Positions 23,640 to 38,087 of a stretch of 64,000 nucleotides of DNA are shown here, one piece after another (the first letter of the stretch is position 1; each line of letters begins with the position of its first letter). The translations under genes were made by a program, and so were the position numbers. This DNA comes from Eledone cirrhosa (Eukaryota): positions 63,736,001 to 63,800,000 of the forward strand of contig OZ024746.1 in NCBI GenBank assembly GCA_964016885.1. Direction: 5' to 3'. A model generated the notes under the pieces. The model saw nothing but the letters and a program-made list of their open reading frames with translations, was not told the DNA's origin and searched no databases.

Positions 23640-24567
23640 ACTAGCAGTGGTACCCGGGGTTACACTCGATAAGGTATTGTGAAATATATAACCACCTTAG
23701 CTAAGCTTAGTATTGCCACAACCACGGCTGGCAAAGAAGTAAGGGTGGTACGTAAGTAAGCAAACACTGTGGCTTAAAACGTGAGGAAGAAGTTGTGTGC
23801 ACTTACCAACTGTTTGGGGAGTGAGTGTGAGATTTGTCTTGAGCAATGGTGGCAGAATAACCGGATGCAGCAGACAGCCAGACATACAGACATATATTAT
23901 AAGGGCGCGTTCTGGACGCAGAGCGAATTGTAAGAAGTGACGAAATGCAGACAGCAGACATACAGACAGATATTATAAGGGCGCGACGTTATATGTATGT
24001 GTCTATCCAAAAAGAGAAAGACTAAGAATTATAGAGAGAGATCACTATATCGCCTAATGTGGTCCCTAGGGCATTGGAAATTTGAAATTGTTTTTGCTCA
24101 GAACGTTCCCTGAACACTCCCTGAAACTATTACATGTGTAAAGTTTGAAAACAGTCGGTTGGGTGCTTCTCTAGTTTTAGGGATTCAAACTCACACACAG
24201 ACAGACATCCTCATCATCATCATTTTACGTCCAGTTTGCCCTGCTTGCAAGGGTGGGATGGGAACTGATTCTGGCTTGATTTCTACACCAACCTCATTTA
24301 CAGTGAGTGCTGGGTGCTTTTTTTCTGTGGAACCTCCACAACCCCACTTTACAGGGGAATGATAGGGACCCCAGTCCCATCATCTCATTTCTACAGCTGA
24401 GTAAACTGGAGAAATGTGAAATAAAGTGTCTTGCTCAAGGAAACAACACATCACCCGGTCTGAGAATTGAACTCACAACCTTTCGATTGCAAGGCCAATG
24501 CTCTAACCACTAAGCCATGTGCCTCCATTTTATATATGTAGATTATTACTATATATATATATAGATT
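23640..24567 (+). mobile_element. Non-autonomous Helitron-like element with a nested CORE-SINE
   Basis: Starts actagcagtggtacccgg and ends with aaagtttg..acagacagaca..ttttatatat..agat, an architecture typical of small Helitron derivatives. Confidence 0.55.
24208..24527 (-). mobile_element. tRNA-derived CORE-SINE with RTE-derived tail (family S2)
   Basis: Reverse complement: tggcttagtggttag (A box), gagttcaattc (B box), ccttgagcaagacacttt..cagtttactcagctgtagaaatg (CORE-like), (GAT)n tail. Confidence 0.88.
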
Positions 24568-24754
24568 AACATGTGATGTGGTTAGCAACTAGCTAAAATG
24601 TTAGGTAGAGGGAACCTTTTAATTATTTCAAGGGCTTGACAATATCCCTAGTGTCTGTGGGATAATAATACACACCCATTACACATTATAAAGTGGTTGG
24701 TAAGGTATCCATCCATAGAAACCATTCCAAAAATGGGAGGGGGGGGGGCTGTAA

Positions 24755-24976
24755 TTCCGATGGTGATGATGATGACGACGATGATGAAGGTGGTAGTGGG
24801 GGTGATGGTGATGGTGATGATGATGGTGGTGGTGGTGGTGATGATGGTGATGGTGATGATGATGGTGGTGGTGGTGGTGATGATGATGATGATGATGATG
24901 ATGGTGGTGATGGTGGTGATGTGATGGTGATGATGATGTTGATGGTGATGCTGCTGCTGCTGCTGCTGCTGCTGCT
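24755..24976. repeat. Compound (GAT/GGT/GCT)n microsatellite
   Basis: Directly visible. Confidence 0.95.
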
Positions 24977-25672
24977 TTAGTTTATTTAGCTGTAGATATC
25001 ATATTATCTGGGAATGTTACTTCTAGTATCATATCCAGAAAAAGATCTCTTCCTCATTCACTTTACACAAAATAGTTGGAACTACACACCAACCTTTGAA
25101 AGTCCTTCAGGATCTTTGTGTACATTTACATTGACACATTTCTTGAATTCAGATAATTCCATTCTTGCTTTGTGTCTATATGAAAAATTCAAACTTATTT
25201 TCACATATTAAGTTAACAAGTTCTAATGAACATCCATTGTCAACTTCTTCTTTATTCAAGAAATTTCACCACATATCTCACAACTCCAACAATACTTTAA
25301 TTTTTAAAAGTATTAAAAAAAAAAAATAGTCAAAACCAAAGTGTTGGGAGGTAAATTACCAATGGAAGCATAATCATTCTTATGATGTGTGGAAACTGGA
25401 ATGGTTAGAAGTAAACTATACATCCTAATATTTGAGGTGGTCAGGAGCAATAACAAAATGATATTAAGAATTGTGATGAATCCCTGCTTTATAACATTAG
25501 ATTTGTAATCATCATATCCTTAGGAATTATGAGGACCTTCATGACAATCCCCTAGGATGCACAATGTTTTGGGGATTACTAGTAGGAGATTTGTGGGACT
25601 TGAGCATGCTATATACAATTGACTATTAAGCAAATCAGAGTTCCAGCTCCTGAAATATAAGGACCTGTATTT

Positions 25673-25840
25673 GTAGAGGATCGGACGCCATGCTTTGCAG
25701 CAAAGAGTTACGGCCCTTTATGGTCTGAGTTCAAATCCCGCTGAGGTTAACTTTGCCTTTTATCCTTACGGGGTCGATAAAATAAAGTACCAGTAATACA
25801 CTGGGATAATTGCTGGCCTTGTGCCAAAAGTAGAACCAAT
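25673..25840 (+). mobile_element. SINE family S1
   Basis: S1 core motif. Confidence 0.85.
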
Positions 25841-27248
25841 TACTATTATCTTATTTTTAACATTTGTTATCCAATTTACATCGTAGTAGCCTTCAAACAA
25901 AACACTATCTTCTACACTTAACACAATGCTTCAAGTAAACTACATCACCTTCATATCAAGGTATATCAGATATCTAAAGATTACAATATATACAGTACAT
26001 CATGTCTTAGGTACCTAAACCTGGTTGAGCCCATCCCTCTCCAGGATCTGACTTCAATAAATGTCTTTCACAGAGAAATAGAGAGAGAAGAATCAACCTC
26101 AGGACTGGACATTTATCAATTCCAAAGAAATGAAAGGAAATTTGATCTTAGTAGGATTTGAATTCAGAATGCAGAATAGAAATGAATACTGTAAGATATT
26201 CTTGCCAATGCACTTACAATTCCTCCAATCCTGCACCATGAAGGCAGATAATTAAAGACCAAAATATATTTAGACGAGCACAGTACTTCTTCTACTTCAC
26301 CAACCTTTACAGATTGTAACAATGAAAGCATTTCTGATTAGTAATCAACAAATCTTTCTATTTTTCACAATTACAATTCCAGTCATTATTACCAGAGAAT
26401 TTCACACAGCTGTTGAGGATTTTATCTTTTAATAAACTAGTTAGGAATTCAGTTTGTCATAAATGATTATGTAGACTAATCTGCCATGAATGTCTAGTGT
26501 AGATGTCGTCAATTATTTATTTTCACTATACATATAAGTCATAGTTCATTTTTAGATTGTCTATGTTGCATATGATTCCTAACATACTAACCTATTTGTC
26601 ACCTGATAATGGAATAATTATCCTATTGTTTTAATCTCTTGGGACAAAGATTCCTGCTTACATACTTTTATTCCCAAAGCTGTTGCCATTGTTGTAAGAT
26701 ATTTCACCCCAGGTCAACTTTGATCTAGCAGACCTATGTTCAAGAGAATTCCAACCGTGACCATCCCATTTAAAAAAAAAAGTATATATGATTACAGTAG
26801 GATGTGATATGAGTGAGATAGATTTTGCTACTATTTCAAGCAGAACAAATAACCACAACAGGAGATTTCATTGCTATACAGGCTCAGCTGTTAATGCTGT
26901 ATAATCACATTGTAACAGCTTTTGGTATAAACAATATATTGTGATGATGATGATGAGAAGGAGGACGGTGATGATGCTAATGATGATGATGATAATGCTA
27001 ATGATGATGATGTGCTAATGATGAGGATGATGATGATGATAATGATGATTTTCATCAGTAGCAAAAGATGCAGGATAAACATGGCCAGTGGCAGACTGGC
27101 CAGGTTGCTAGGTTGCCCAATGGCAAGTAGGCTCCCCGTTTGGGTTTTTAGAGGTTGGCAGGTCTGGCGAAGGTAAAACTATGAGACATAATGATGGGCC
27201 TAGAAGAAGTAATGAAAGAAATAGCTGAAAACTATACTTGGAGGTTAA

Positions 27249-27470
27249 CCCTTTAGCATTTACAATATTTTATACATATATTATTGTATTTTCACGGTAA
27301 AGTCTTTATCTTACACAATATCTCGCATAATGTTGAATCTATCAGATTTGGATATTATCAATGTAGAGAACAATACCTTAACATCAGTATGAGTTGCCAG
27401 TTACAGCCCATTTGAACAGAAAGAGGTGAGAGAATTCTGGTTGGATATGGCCGGTTTAAATGTTAAAGGG
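27249..27470. mobile_element. piggyBac-type MITE
   Basis: TTAA|ccctttagcattta ... taaatgttaaaggg|TTAA; second copy inverted at 32905-33124. Confidence 0.85.
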
Positions 27471-27524
27471 TTAAGCAGATAGCTGGTTGTATTTGTCAGT
27501 AAAAAAAAGTTAGTCTTTTTTTTA

Positions 27525-27775
27525 TCTCAGAGGCTCATCCAGCTAGAGTATATCTCAGTTTCATGTGGTGATGTTAAGTGATTGAGAGTATAATTCTTTC
27601 TCCTGGACATGGTATCAACCTGTCACAAGGTTAACTCTGAACTCATTTTACAGTAGAGTGAACTGGAGTAACGTGAAATGAAGTACCTTTCTCAAGGACA
27701 TACTGCACCACCCAGCCTGTGTATTGAACTCGTGACCTTATGATTGTCACCCCAACACTCTAACCACTAGGCACA
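27525..27775 (-). mobile_element. CORE-SINE, diverged (tail type shared with 43265-43550)
   Basis: Reverse complement shows a tRNA head and CORE-like block. Confidence 0.7.
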
Positions 27776-29541
27776 TTTATATGATGTATATCTAATTGTG
27801 AGAGGAAAAGAAGATAGAAAGTTGTTTATTTGTTTATTATTTAACAACATTGGGATAGGAAATATGAAGCATCGAGAGTTCAGGTAGAAATCTTTTCCTG
27901 TTTTATTTTATTTATTTTTTTTTTTTGCATGTGTTTTCATCAAATTTTACCTCCAAATCCAACGGAAATTACTTGGAAAGGGGAAGAGATGGAAGGGAGA
28001 AGAGGGGATGAAGATCAGCGTTTCCCACTCTTGGAGATTTCAATACAATCTTTCCTACATTTTTTAGTGTTTTGAAAGAATCTCACTTTCAAAACCTGAA
28101 ATTATTTGTTTTTTAATTACATAGGGGTGGGATGGGGTGGGGGTAGTAGCACATGGTGTTTTCTTAACCCTAACCATAATCCTCACCAACCTTAACCCTA
28201 ACCCTACAAGGAAATGTTAGCCATGGCTTGTTTATTCAATTTGAAATCAGTTTCTGCTTTAATTACATGAGTATCTGTATGGCTCTGTGTCAAATAAAGG
28301 GATTTGAAGTTTTTAAATGTTTTTAAAAATATTCTCCCCCCCTCCCATATCTGAAAAACAAATAATTTCCGATGGGGGTTTGGAGGTCAGATTCGCCGAA
28401 AACGCGCGAAGAAACTGAGAGGGGAAAAATATTTACATGAATAAAAGACAGGTACTTTTGTAAAAATGTACATCTTGAATTGTAAAACTGTGTATCAGAA
28501 CAAATGATGATATGGGTAGGAAAGAGAAGTGTTTGATGTGTTAGAGGTGTACTTATCATCATCATCATGAGAGAGAGAGAGAGAGTAATCTATCAGTGAA
28601 AAGTTTCTCCTACAAAGTATCTGAAAGGGTTTTATGAGAATACATTTTATTGCTCTGAGAAAGCAATGGATCCTGAGAAAGCAATGGATCCTGCAGTTTT
28701 ATGCAAAAAAGAATGCTTGCCTCCTATTAAACCCCATCGATTTGACAGCCTATAATTATATTTAGAATTAGGAAGAGCAATTAGTGATTAATCCCCTATA
28801 ATTTCCCTAGTCAATGTTATCAAGCTAACCAGCTGAATTAGAATCATCCATTTAACATGATCTAGTATGACTTTACAATGACCATTTTCTCAAATAATTC
28901 CTGTCATTAAGTATTCTAAAGTTTTACATGCAGCTTCATCATTTCTGAAATCAATAATCTTCTTTCATCATTTTATCTAGTATAATTATCCAATTGCCCT
29001 TCTATAGCTATTTATCATTAATTATTTTTTATCATACAACCACAATCTTGATAACATTAATCACTCAACCATCATCCCAAAAGTGTTTATAGGCTCAATA
29101 GTAGCCTCTCAAAATTTTCAAACTTCTCCATTGATCAATTAATTAGTAAATCAAAGCAGTTTTGAAATCCATTTTAAAGGTTCTTTTAGTGTTAGTAATT
29201 CTTTTCTCTCAACATCACAGAGATGCACTAGAAAGGAAAGGTTAAATCGGAACATTTATATCATTAATGAACAGTTTTTCTTAACTGATAACTTTCATAA
29301 TAGAAACTCTTTAATTTAATATTATATTGAGTTTAATCAGTACAGTTGCTTTTCCTTTTAAGTAGGTATGGGATTTGTAGAGTAAGATTATTTGTTATGA
29401 CTATAAACAGATGAAGCTTTTTCTAGTTGAACATTTAATCAGTTGGTTATCTAGAAAAGTAATTAATTACTGTTTTATGAGTGATTCATAAGATCAACTT
29501 ATATATGGTACAATTTGATTTATTGTCACTGCAAACTTTAC

Positions 29542-29582
29542 CTTACAAAAGCTGCTACAGATGATGGTTGAATTGTTGTAAT
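29542..29582 (-). other. Candidate 41-nt exon (an alternative donor gives 36 nt)
   Basis: Reverse complement: cttgttctttacag|attacaacaa...gtaag|gtaaag. The next acceptor-like site, tttcctttctag|, is at 29227. Confidence 0.4.
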
Positions 29583-29726
29583 CTGTAAAGAACAAGCACA
29601 GTTGAATTGCCCTCCACCTCCAAAAGCTGGGGTTTAGGTTTTAGTTTTGGGAAGATGTGAATATGGTTTTGCAAGTGCAAGGTATCAGCCAACTAAATCA
29701 GAGATAAAGGTACAAACAGTGAGTTA

Positions 29727-29894
29727 CTGTATTTCCTGGCGCCGAAGACGCTTCGTTCTCAAGGACGCACCCTAATTTTGGCAACCAAAAATTCGAAAAA
29801 AAATAATACACAACCTTCGGCCTCCAGGATGCATGGTAGATTTTTGAGACTTATTTTAGGAAAAAAGTAGCATCTTCGACGCCGGGAAATATGG
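29727..29894. mobile_element. Tc1/mariner-pogo type MITE
   Basis: TIRs TA|ctgtatttcctggcgccgaaga and tcttcgacgccgggaaatatgg. Confidence 0.7.
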
Positions 29895-30490
29895 AAAATG
29901 AAAGGGTTTAACCAGGAATAGATGACATTTGTTGAATATTAAGACATTTATTGTTTATTCATGCAAACTGTACAATATAAATAGCAATAAGGAAACAAAA
30001 AAAAGATAGAGAAGAAAAAGAGGAAAAAGAAAAAAGAATTAAGCCAGAATAGAAAGTGAAAGTGGGAAGGAGCGACAGACTGTACATCCCAGTGTGAGTG
30101 GTATGATTCATCTCCAAGCACTCACATATTAAATCCATATTGTAAACCTGGAGTTTACATACTTATTTCTGATCTACAATTTAGGTGGCACTTGAACAAT
30201 ATAAAATATATATATATCAGTAGTTTTAGTTCAATGAATCTAAACAAAGAAAAGGTTCCACTCTGACTTCATGATTTTCTGGTTGGTATCAGAGAAATAA
30301 ATCCAGCCAACAATACGTGCTATAGCATAGAAAAAGAAACATAAATTTATTTAAAAACAAGAACAAATGATTTCTTTCTTTTAATGTTGCTTAATATAAT
30401 AGAATGAGGAAAAAAGGAAATTTACCAAAAATGAAAATGGAATTAAGGAAAATTTGTCCCCCTGTATTTTGTACTAATTCACATATCCCA

Positions 30491-30592
30491 CGCCGAGGTT
30501 AACTTTGCCTTTCATCCTTACGGGGTCGATAAAATAAAGTACCAGTAATGTACTGGGTAATTGCTGGCCTTGTGCCAAAAGTAGAAACAATT
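30491..30592 (+). mobile_element. SINE S1, 5'-truncated
   Basis: S1 core and tail. Confidence 0.85.
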
Positions 30593-31271
30593 ATTATATA
30601 ACAACTGTATTCATTATATATAACAACTGTATTCATTATATATAACACCTTCTTTTTACTGTTGCAGATCAGCTCTGGTTGAATAGACCTGTGATCAAAG
30701 GTATTTCAGCTATGACATCATGTTTTTTTTCTAAATTTAGGACTACATTGAACTGTCATTCCTTTTTAAAGATTGTTTGAGGGAATTTAGACACTATTTT
30801 TAGCAGATTGAGCAACCATGTAAATGCTTCTTCATAGTTTTCTGGACATTAAAAGAAGACAGCTAATGATGATGAGCCAATGAGGAGCTTTTCATTCAAC
30901 CTAATAGAAACAACAGTTAAATCTCTTTCAAATCACATCCTACCATCTTAAAAAAGGGAATGACATATTGGATAATGTCCTGTGTCTGATAACAAAAATG
31001 GTACGATAGTCAATGTTGAAATACAGTTTTGTCATTTCTTGTTAAATGATAATCTGGGTCTAAACAACAATTTCCAACAAGAGAGCTTCTACATGGTCGC
31101 TTGACCTGCTAGAAATGACAGCCACATTTCCTTTAAACCACATCCTGCTATCTTAAAATAGACTACCCTGGATCACACTATGTCTGAACAAAATATATTG
31201 GCTTGAATGTCTTTAATCATACAAACAAGATCAGCTTGATGAGAATTAACTTAATGCTAAGCAGCTTGGAC

Positions 31272-31617
31272 CAGGGGTCTCAAATATGTAACTTGCAAGC
31301 TACTTTTCTACAGCCTGAGGCAGAACAATTTTATAGTAATTTATTGCAACTTACCCATGAAATCGAATGTAAAAAAAAGGGAATTTACCAAAAGCGAAAT
31401 TTTAAGGAAAATTTGAAATGAAAAGTTTGTCCCTCTACATTTTATATTAATTCACATATTCCACTTTACTATCACATGTGTATTGATTTTGAAGTGGGAA
31501 AATAATAAGTAGCAACCTATTAGCTGTATCTCAGATTAGCCTTATAACTGGTTGGAATTAGCACTCCCTCCTCATTTCATTTTTGGCCCTTTTGAGTCCT
31601 TGTGTTTGAGACCCTGG
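31272..31617. mobile_element. hAT-type MITE
   Basis: TIRs caggggtctcaaa / tttgagaccctg; degenerate 8-bp TSD gcttggac / gcttaaac. Confidence 0.7.
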
Positions 31618-32904
31618 GCTTAAACATTATATACAAACTAAAGATGCAATCAGAATGAATTCAGGGCCATATTAGGTTGACCATCACCACCACCACCACC
31701 ACCACCACCAACAACACTCATGTTCATTCCCATGCTCACAATCATGCCCACACTTATGCTCATACTCACAATTATGTTCACACTCACACCTATGTTTACA
31801 CTCATGATCACACCCATGCTTACACGTATGAACACATCCATACTAACAGCTCTTCTTTGTATATAGGGAGATATATAAGTTGACAACGCATTGAAAAAAA
31901 AACAAAAACAAAAAAACATTGAATACAAGCAAATAATGCAAAGTATTGTTTGCCTCCTTGACAACCATTTTGTTATGGCTGGAAGCAACAGAATAGTTGA
32001 TTAGTTTGTAAATATTGTTTCCCAGGCACTGAAGGCATGGAGTTTTCTTTATAGACTACCTACACATATTTAGTGAAAGAATTATCTTTTGTAGAATCTG
32101 AAAGTTTTATTTTTTTTATCATTTAGTCCAAAGAGTATGATGTATCCACAGCACTTCCAGGCCTTACCAGATCATGTATTGTTTGTTTGTTTGGATACTG
32201 AGTTCAAATCCCATGGAGGTTAGATTTGCCTTTCATCCTTATGAGGTTGATAAAATAAAGTACCAGTAATGCACTGGAATCGATTTAATTGACTTTCACC
32301 TCCTCACAAATTATTGGCCTTGTGCCTAAATCAGAAACCATTATTTGTTGGGACACTTTCATTCTTATGGGGTCGATAAAATAAAACACCAATAATGGAC
32401 TGTGGTTGGTCGATTTAATAGACTTTCTCCTTCCCTTCAAATTGCATGCTTTATGCCAAACCATCATTTATTGGAACAATTGTAGAATACTTGAATTGTG
32501 TCAGCACTTATTAATCTTGTGTTGTCATGGCTATTGTAAAATTTAGGTCAAATTGCTAATTATTGTAATAATAGGTGAGACTTCGATCTTACCCATAAGT
32601 CCCTGTGGAGTCATGAGGTTGCTATAGTGTCATACAGAGTTTCTTGGGCATTTTTAAAACCTGGCAGAGCCAATCTTCTCTCCATCTCTGAACACAGCTG
32701 ATTTCTTCCTAGAGAAGAAGATGAAGTGATAGAGAAGAAATGAGAAATAGATATAGAGGAAGAATTAACTCCAGTACTAGACTGGTTCTTTTTTTTATTG
32801 AGCTTGAAAGGATGACAGAAAAAGTTGACCTCAGTGTGATTTGAACTCCAGAGCATTCTATCAGACATTTTAATGACTGCCAATTTGCTGCCTAATATAA
32901 TTAA

Positions 32905-33124
32905 CCCTTTAGCATTTAAACCGTCTGTATCTGGCCAGAATTCTCTCACCTCTTTCTGTTCAAACTGGCTGTAACTAGTCACTCATACTGATGTTAAGGT
33001 ATTGTTCTCAAAATTAATAATATCAAAATCTCATAGCTTCGATATTATGTGAGATATTATGTAAGAAAGTCTCTACCACAAAAATACAATAGTATATATA
33101 GAGAGTAATGTAAATGCTAAAGGG
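32905..33124. mobile_element. piggyBac-type MITE
   Basis: TTAA TSD and ccctttagcattta TIRs; homologous to 27249-27470. Confidence 0.85.
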
Positions 33125-33916
33125 TTAAGTGTAAAACTTTAGAAGAGTTCAGTTCAAGTTTTTGTCCAAGAATGCAATTTTGTTACCATGTTTCTAAAAA
33201 AATAACACTACTCATGATTCTCAAATAATGTTGAAAATAATCAAGGATTTGGAGGAATTGAATAATATGCAACTAACTTTCTCATTATTTATCTGATGTT
33301 TGGAATATAATTTAATAAACATTATGATGGAAGGCTTTTTGATAAATATGAAATCTTTATATCAAATATCTATATAATAGTGTTTTGTTTGAGTGCTGCC
33401 ACAATGTGAATTGGATAGTAACGGTTAAAATATGATGATAACAATAGTGTTGGGATGTTACCTTTAAGTTCTAATGGCAGCTTAAGAGTGACAAAAAAAT
33501 ATATAGCTCCAAACTTGTTTTTTCTGTTAATCTTTTGAAGAAGGGATTTTATCCTGAAATATAAGGACCTATAAAGAACAATATGGTAATATCCCAACAT
33601 TACTATTATCATCATATTTTTAACATTTCCCATCCAATTTATATTGTGGTAGCCTTCAAATCAAACACTATTTTCTACACTTAACACAATTCTTCAAGCA
33701 AACTACACCACCCTTATAAACATTGATATATTATAGCACCAGGGATAGTTAATGGCAGTTTTGTATCAAAAGGGCCAATAGAAACAAAATAACTAAGTAA
33801 ATCAGACTAGTAAATCAGTATTCACATTTCAGTATTTTTTATTTAAAAATCCCAGCACTTAATTATCTATGTATCAGTTCTCTCACTTGTCCAAAATATC
33901 CATCTACCTGTCCGAG

Positions 33917-34882
33917 AATGTTACATCAGCTAGACTAGTTGTCTTGTTCTGAAGGAGACTTATCTGCCAAACATTTAATGTTACATTAGCTAGACTAGTT
34001 GTCTTGTTCTGAAGGAGACTTATCTGCCAAACATTTAATGTTACATCAGCTAAACTAGTTTTCTTGTTTAGAAGAAGACTTATCTGCCAAACATTTAATG
34101 TTACATCAGCTAGACTAGTTGTCTTGTTTAGAAGAAGACTTATCTGCCAAACATTTAATGTTACATTAGCTAGACTAGTTGTCTTGTTCTGAAGGAGACT
34201 TATCTGCCAAACATTTAATGTTACATCAGCTAAACTAGTTTTTTTTGTTTAGAAGAAGACTTATCTGCCAAACATTTAATGTTACATCAGCTAGACTAGT
34301 TGTCTTGTTCTGAAGAAGACTTATCTGCCAAACATTTAATGTTACATCAGCTAGACTAGTTGTCTTGTTTAGAAGAAGACTTATCTGCCAAACATTTAAT
34401 GTTACATTAGCTAGACTAGTTGTCTTGTTTAGAATGAGACTTATCTGCCAACCAAATAATTTTACATCAGCTAGACTAGTTGTCTTGTTTAGAATAAGAC
34501 TTATCTGCCAACCAAATAATTTTACATCAGCTAGACTAGTTGTCTTGTTTAGAATAAGACTTATCTGCCAACCAAATAATTTTACATCAGCTAGACTAGT
34601 TGTCTTGTTTAGAATAATAAGACTTATCTGCCAACCAAATAATTTTACATCAGCTAGACTAGTTGTCTTGTTTAGAATAAGACTTATCTGCCAACCAAAT
34701 AATTTTACATCAGCTAGACTAGTTGTCTTGTTTAGAATAAGACTTATCTGCCAACCAAATAATTTTACATCAGCTAGACTAGTTGTCTTGTTTAGAATAA
34801 GACTTATCTGCCAACCAAATAATTTTACATCAGCTAGACTAGTTGTCTTGTTTAGAATAAGACTTATCTGCCAACCAAATAA
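33917..34882. repeat. 60-bp minisatellite, about 16 units in two variant blocks
   Basis: Unit aatgttacatcagctagactagttgtcttgtttagaagaagacttatctgccaaacattt switches to ..ccaaccaaataatttt after about 34450. Confidence 0.97.
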
Positions 34883-35408
34883 TGCTCTTAAACAAAATTA
34901 TGCTTTGGCCTCTTATAAGACTCGTGTAACATACATTTACAATTTTATGTCTTTTTGTTTTAATCTGAAAACAATCATTCAATAGTTTTTAATTTAGGAA
35001 CAAGGCCAGCAATTTGTGTGAAGGGAAAAGTTGATTATATTGGCTGCAGTATTTCACTGGTACTTTATTTTATAAACCCCAGAAGGATGAAAAGCAAAGT
35101 TGACCATGGTAGGATTTGAACTCAGAATATAAAGAGCCTGTACAATCATATAATAAATTATCATTAAGTTTCTTATGCGAGATGATTTTTTGCTAAGAAC
35201 ATTATAGTAAAACCCACTCAAGTAAAACATTATATTTTTGTAGCCCCTTTCTAACTAGACTTCAATCAATATATCTTCAAAAATAATTTAATTTTGCTTT
35301 CTTTGACAGTTCGTTGATATCAGTTAAAAAGTAAACAAAACAACAAATAAAAAAAAAGTTTGATTGGGACTTTATATTATTTACTTCACATTATTATTAT
35401 TATTATTA

Positions 35409-35775
35409 AAAGGTGGGTGAATGTAGCGAGAATGGTCCGAGTGAACGGGACCGCTCTCAATATACTCTTGTAGTTTGAGGAATGGAAAATATGAGAGAGG
35501 CCGCTTGCCCTGGTGGTCAGGGTGGCCGTGGTCTTTTGTGTGGTTTTCGCTACGAGTAACCCTCGGAGGTTTCCCCCCCTATTGGGGAATTTTTCATTTT
35601 TATTGTTTATATATATATATATGTTTCTATGTCTTTTTTTTTTCTTTTTCGTTTCTTATATAAATAATAAAAATCTTTACACGCACAAAACCCACATCGT
35701 ACCATCCTGTACCGTCCTGTGCCATCTGTAATGTTTTTCTTGATGTCAGCCCTTGTGGCCAATAAAGAAATCATT
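35409..35775 (+). mobile_element. Tx1/L1 3' fragment inserted in (ATT)n
   Basis: Homologous to the reverse complement of 50820-51140 (RWV..ARM.RVNG; 3' UTR ending aataaagaaatc). Confidence 0.85.
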
Positions 35776-35789
35776 ATTAATATTATTAT

Positions 35790-35930
35790 TGTTCTTTGAG
35801 TCTCAGTCATTGATGTTATTTAACTGGAAAGTTTGTTGAAATGAACATCAAACCGCTACCTGCAGCCTCAGATATTCAGGACGTATCGGAGGGTTCTTGC
35901 TGTTCCCAGCAAGCATGCCTTTTGAAGTGT
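35790..35930 (-). mobile_element. Dong/R4-like 3' end
   Basis: Near-identical to 57325-57465. Confidence 0.85.
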
Positions 35931-36256
35931 TTACGGCCCTTGCCATTCTGAGTTCAAATCCCGCCGAGGTTAACTTTACCTTTCATCCTTACGGGGTCGA
36001 TAAAATAAATTACTAGTAATACACTGGATAATTGCTGGTCTTGTGCCAAAAGTAGAAACAATTATTATTATTGTGAATTGGCAGTATCAGTAGAGGGTTG
36101 GACACCATGCTTTCTAGCATAGTTACGTCCCTTTACGGTCTGAGTTCAAATACCGTCGAGGTTAACTTTGCCTTTCATCCTTACGGGGTTGATAAAATAA
36201 AGTACCAGTAATGTACTGAGAAATTGCTGGCCTTGTGCCAAAAAAGTAGAAACAAT
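35930..36256 (+). mobile_element. Two tandem S1 SINEs
   Basis: S1 core twice, each ending aaacaattatt. Confidence 0.85.
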
Positions 36257-36897
36257 TATTATTATTATTTAACTTTTAGTGCTTTGCATTAAAGATGCTT
36301 AAGATACCAAAACATTTGCATAGCATAATAATAATAATAATAATAATAAAAACAATAATAATAATAATTATTATTATGACAACAACAACAACAACAAAAA
36401 CAACGATGGCAATGGCAAGAAAAAAAACAGCAATGCAAAAAAACCCCAAAAAACTCAAAAACCCAACAAATGAAATAGATTCAAAACATCATATATCCGA
36501 CCAATTTGCATCTAATCATAGATTCCTTGAAATATATTTACAAAGCTAATGGCTTTTCAAGATGCAAACTGTAATTTTACATTATATGTTCTTTCTCATA
36601 GCTGATAAATTATATCACTCTTTAGAGGTCAATTTTTTGTTTATATTTTTTAATACCATCAACCATCAGAAGAAAAGTTAGGAAGGAAAATTAGAACAAA
36701 CAAACAGCTATCAAGGAGCAGATATATTTCTTTTATGTTTAATATCCAATAAATCAAGGTTGTGTATTCAGGGTATACAAAAAATAAAATATATAGATAT
36801 ATATATATTTTTTCTACATTGCTTTTATTTCTAGCACATTCCCATGGTAAATGTATACTGATATATTTTCAGAAACACCCCTAGTATGTGTGTGTGC

Positions 36898-36967
<70 letters not shown>

Positions 36968-37232
36968 ATAAAAATAACAATAATGAAATTATTTGTACAG
37001 TGTTCAAGTGTACTACAACTCATCAAAGGTGCATGTATAGTACATAGGATAATGAACAAATGTCAAGAAAGGGAACAGTGTATGAGTCATGATATACATG
37101 TGTGCATGTGTAGGCAGGGAGGATATCAGGTGTAGTGTTGGCAAATTTCAGGAAGCATGGAGGTTTTAAAGGATGCAGTGTCTTGGCAACTAACAACTGA
37201 TGCAAGTAGTTTGTTCCATGCTATAGCAACTC

Positions 37233-37270
<38 letters not shown>

Positions 37271-38087
37271 CATACTATATATATATATATATGCATACTT
37301 GGAGTGTATATGAAAATATATAAACATATGGTTACCCATATGTTTATTGTATATAAATGTATAGTATATTTTTATATATGTTCATATATACACGCCATTA
37401 TGCTTAAACACTGTCTTACTGCTATTGTCACGTGCTGGTGACATGATGCAAAAGTACCCAGTCCATTCTGTAATGTGATCGTGTTGGTGACAATGAAAAA
37501 GTACCCATTCCATCCTGTAATGTGGTCGTGTTGGTGACAATGAAAAAGTACCCAGTCTAATCTGTCGGCTGGTAGTTTTGATGCCATGATAAAAAGCACC
37601 CAATCAACACTGTAAATGTGGTTGGTATAAGAAAGGGCAGCCAGTCATAGAAACCAAGCCAGAAACTGTTATGAGCAAGATACAGTCACCTGATCTGACT
37701 TGCCTCACAATGGTACAACTCATCTAACCCATGTTAACATGGGAAAATGTATGTTAAACATTGATGATACATATATACATGCATATTTGCGTGAGTGTAT
37801 ATATGCATATGTTAATAAATTGAGTTGGGAATGTGAAAGAGATAGAAGCAGTGTAGAAAAATATTTTTTTGTATACCCCAATTACACAACTCTGATTTGT
37901 TGGATATTAAGAGGTGTGGGTTTGATTGCAACACATACTGATGCTCGTTTTCTTCTGTTCTAGGAGCATATACACTCTGTTACAGTATTATTAGTTTTAG
38001 TAGTAAAATAAATACAGTGAAGTTACTAATTCTATTCAATTTTCAAATTCCACCATCAGCTTCTAATCACATGATATTTACATATAC

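Noticed and set aside
24430-24527. tRNA genes at SINE heads
   Set aside because: A/B boxes run into CORE/Meta-like domains and tails; there is no full cloverleaf.
28163-28206. TAACCC telomere-like repeats
   Set aside because: Only a few degenerate units; probably part of an old transposon, not a telomere.
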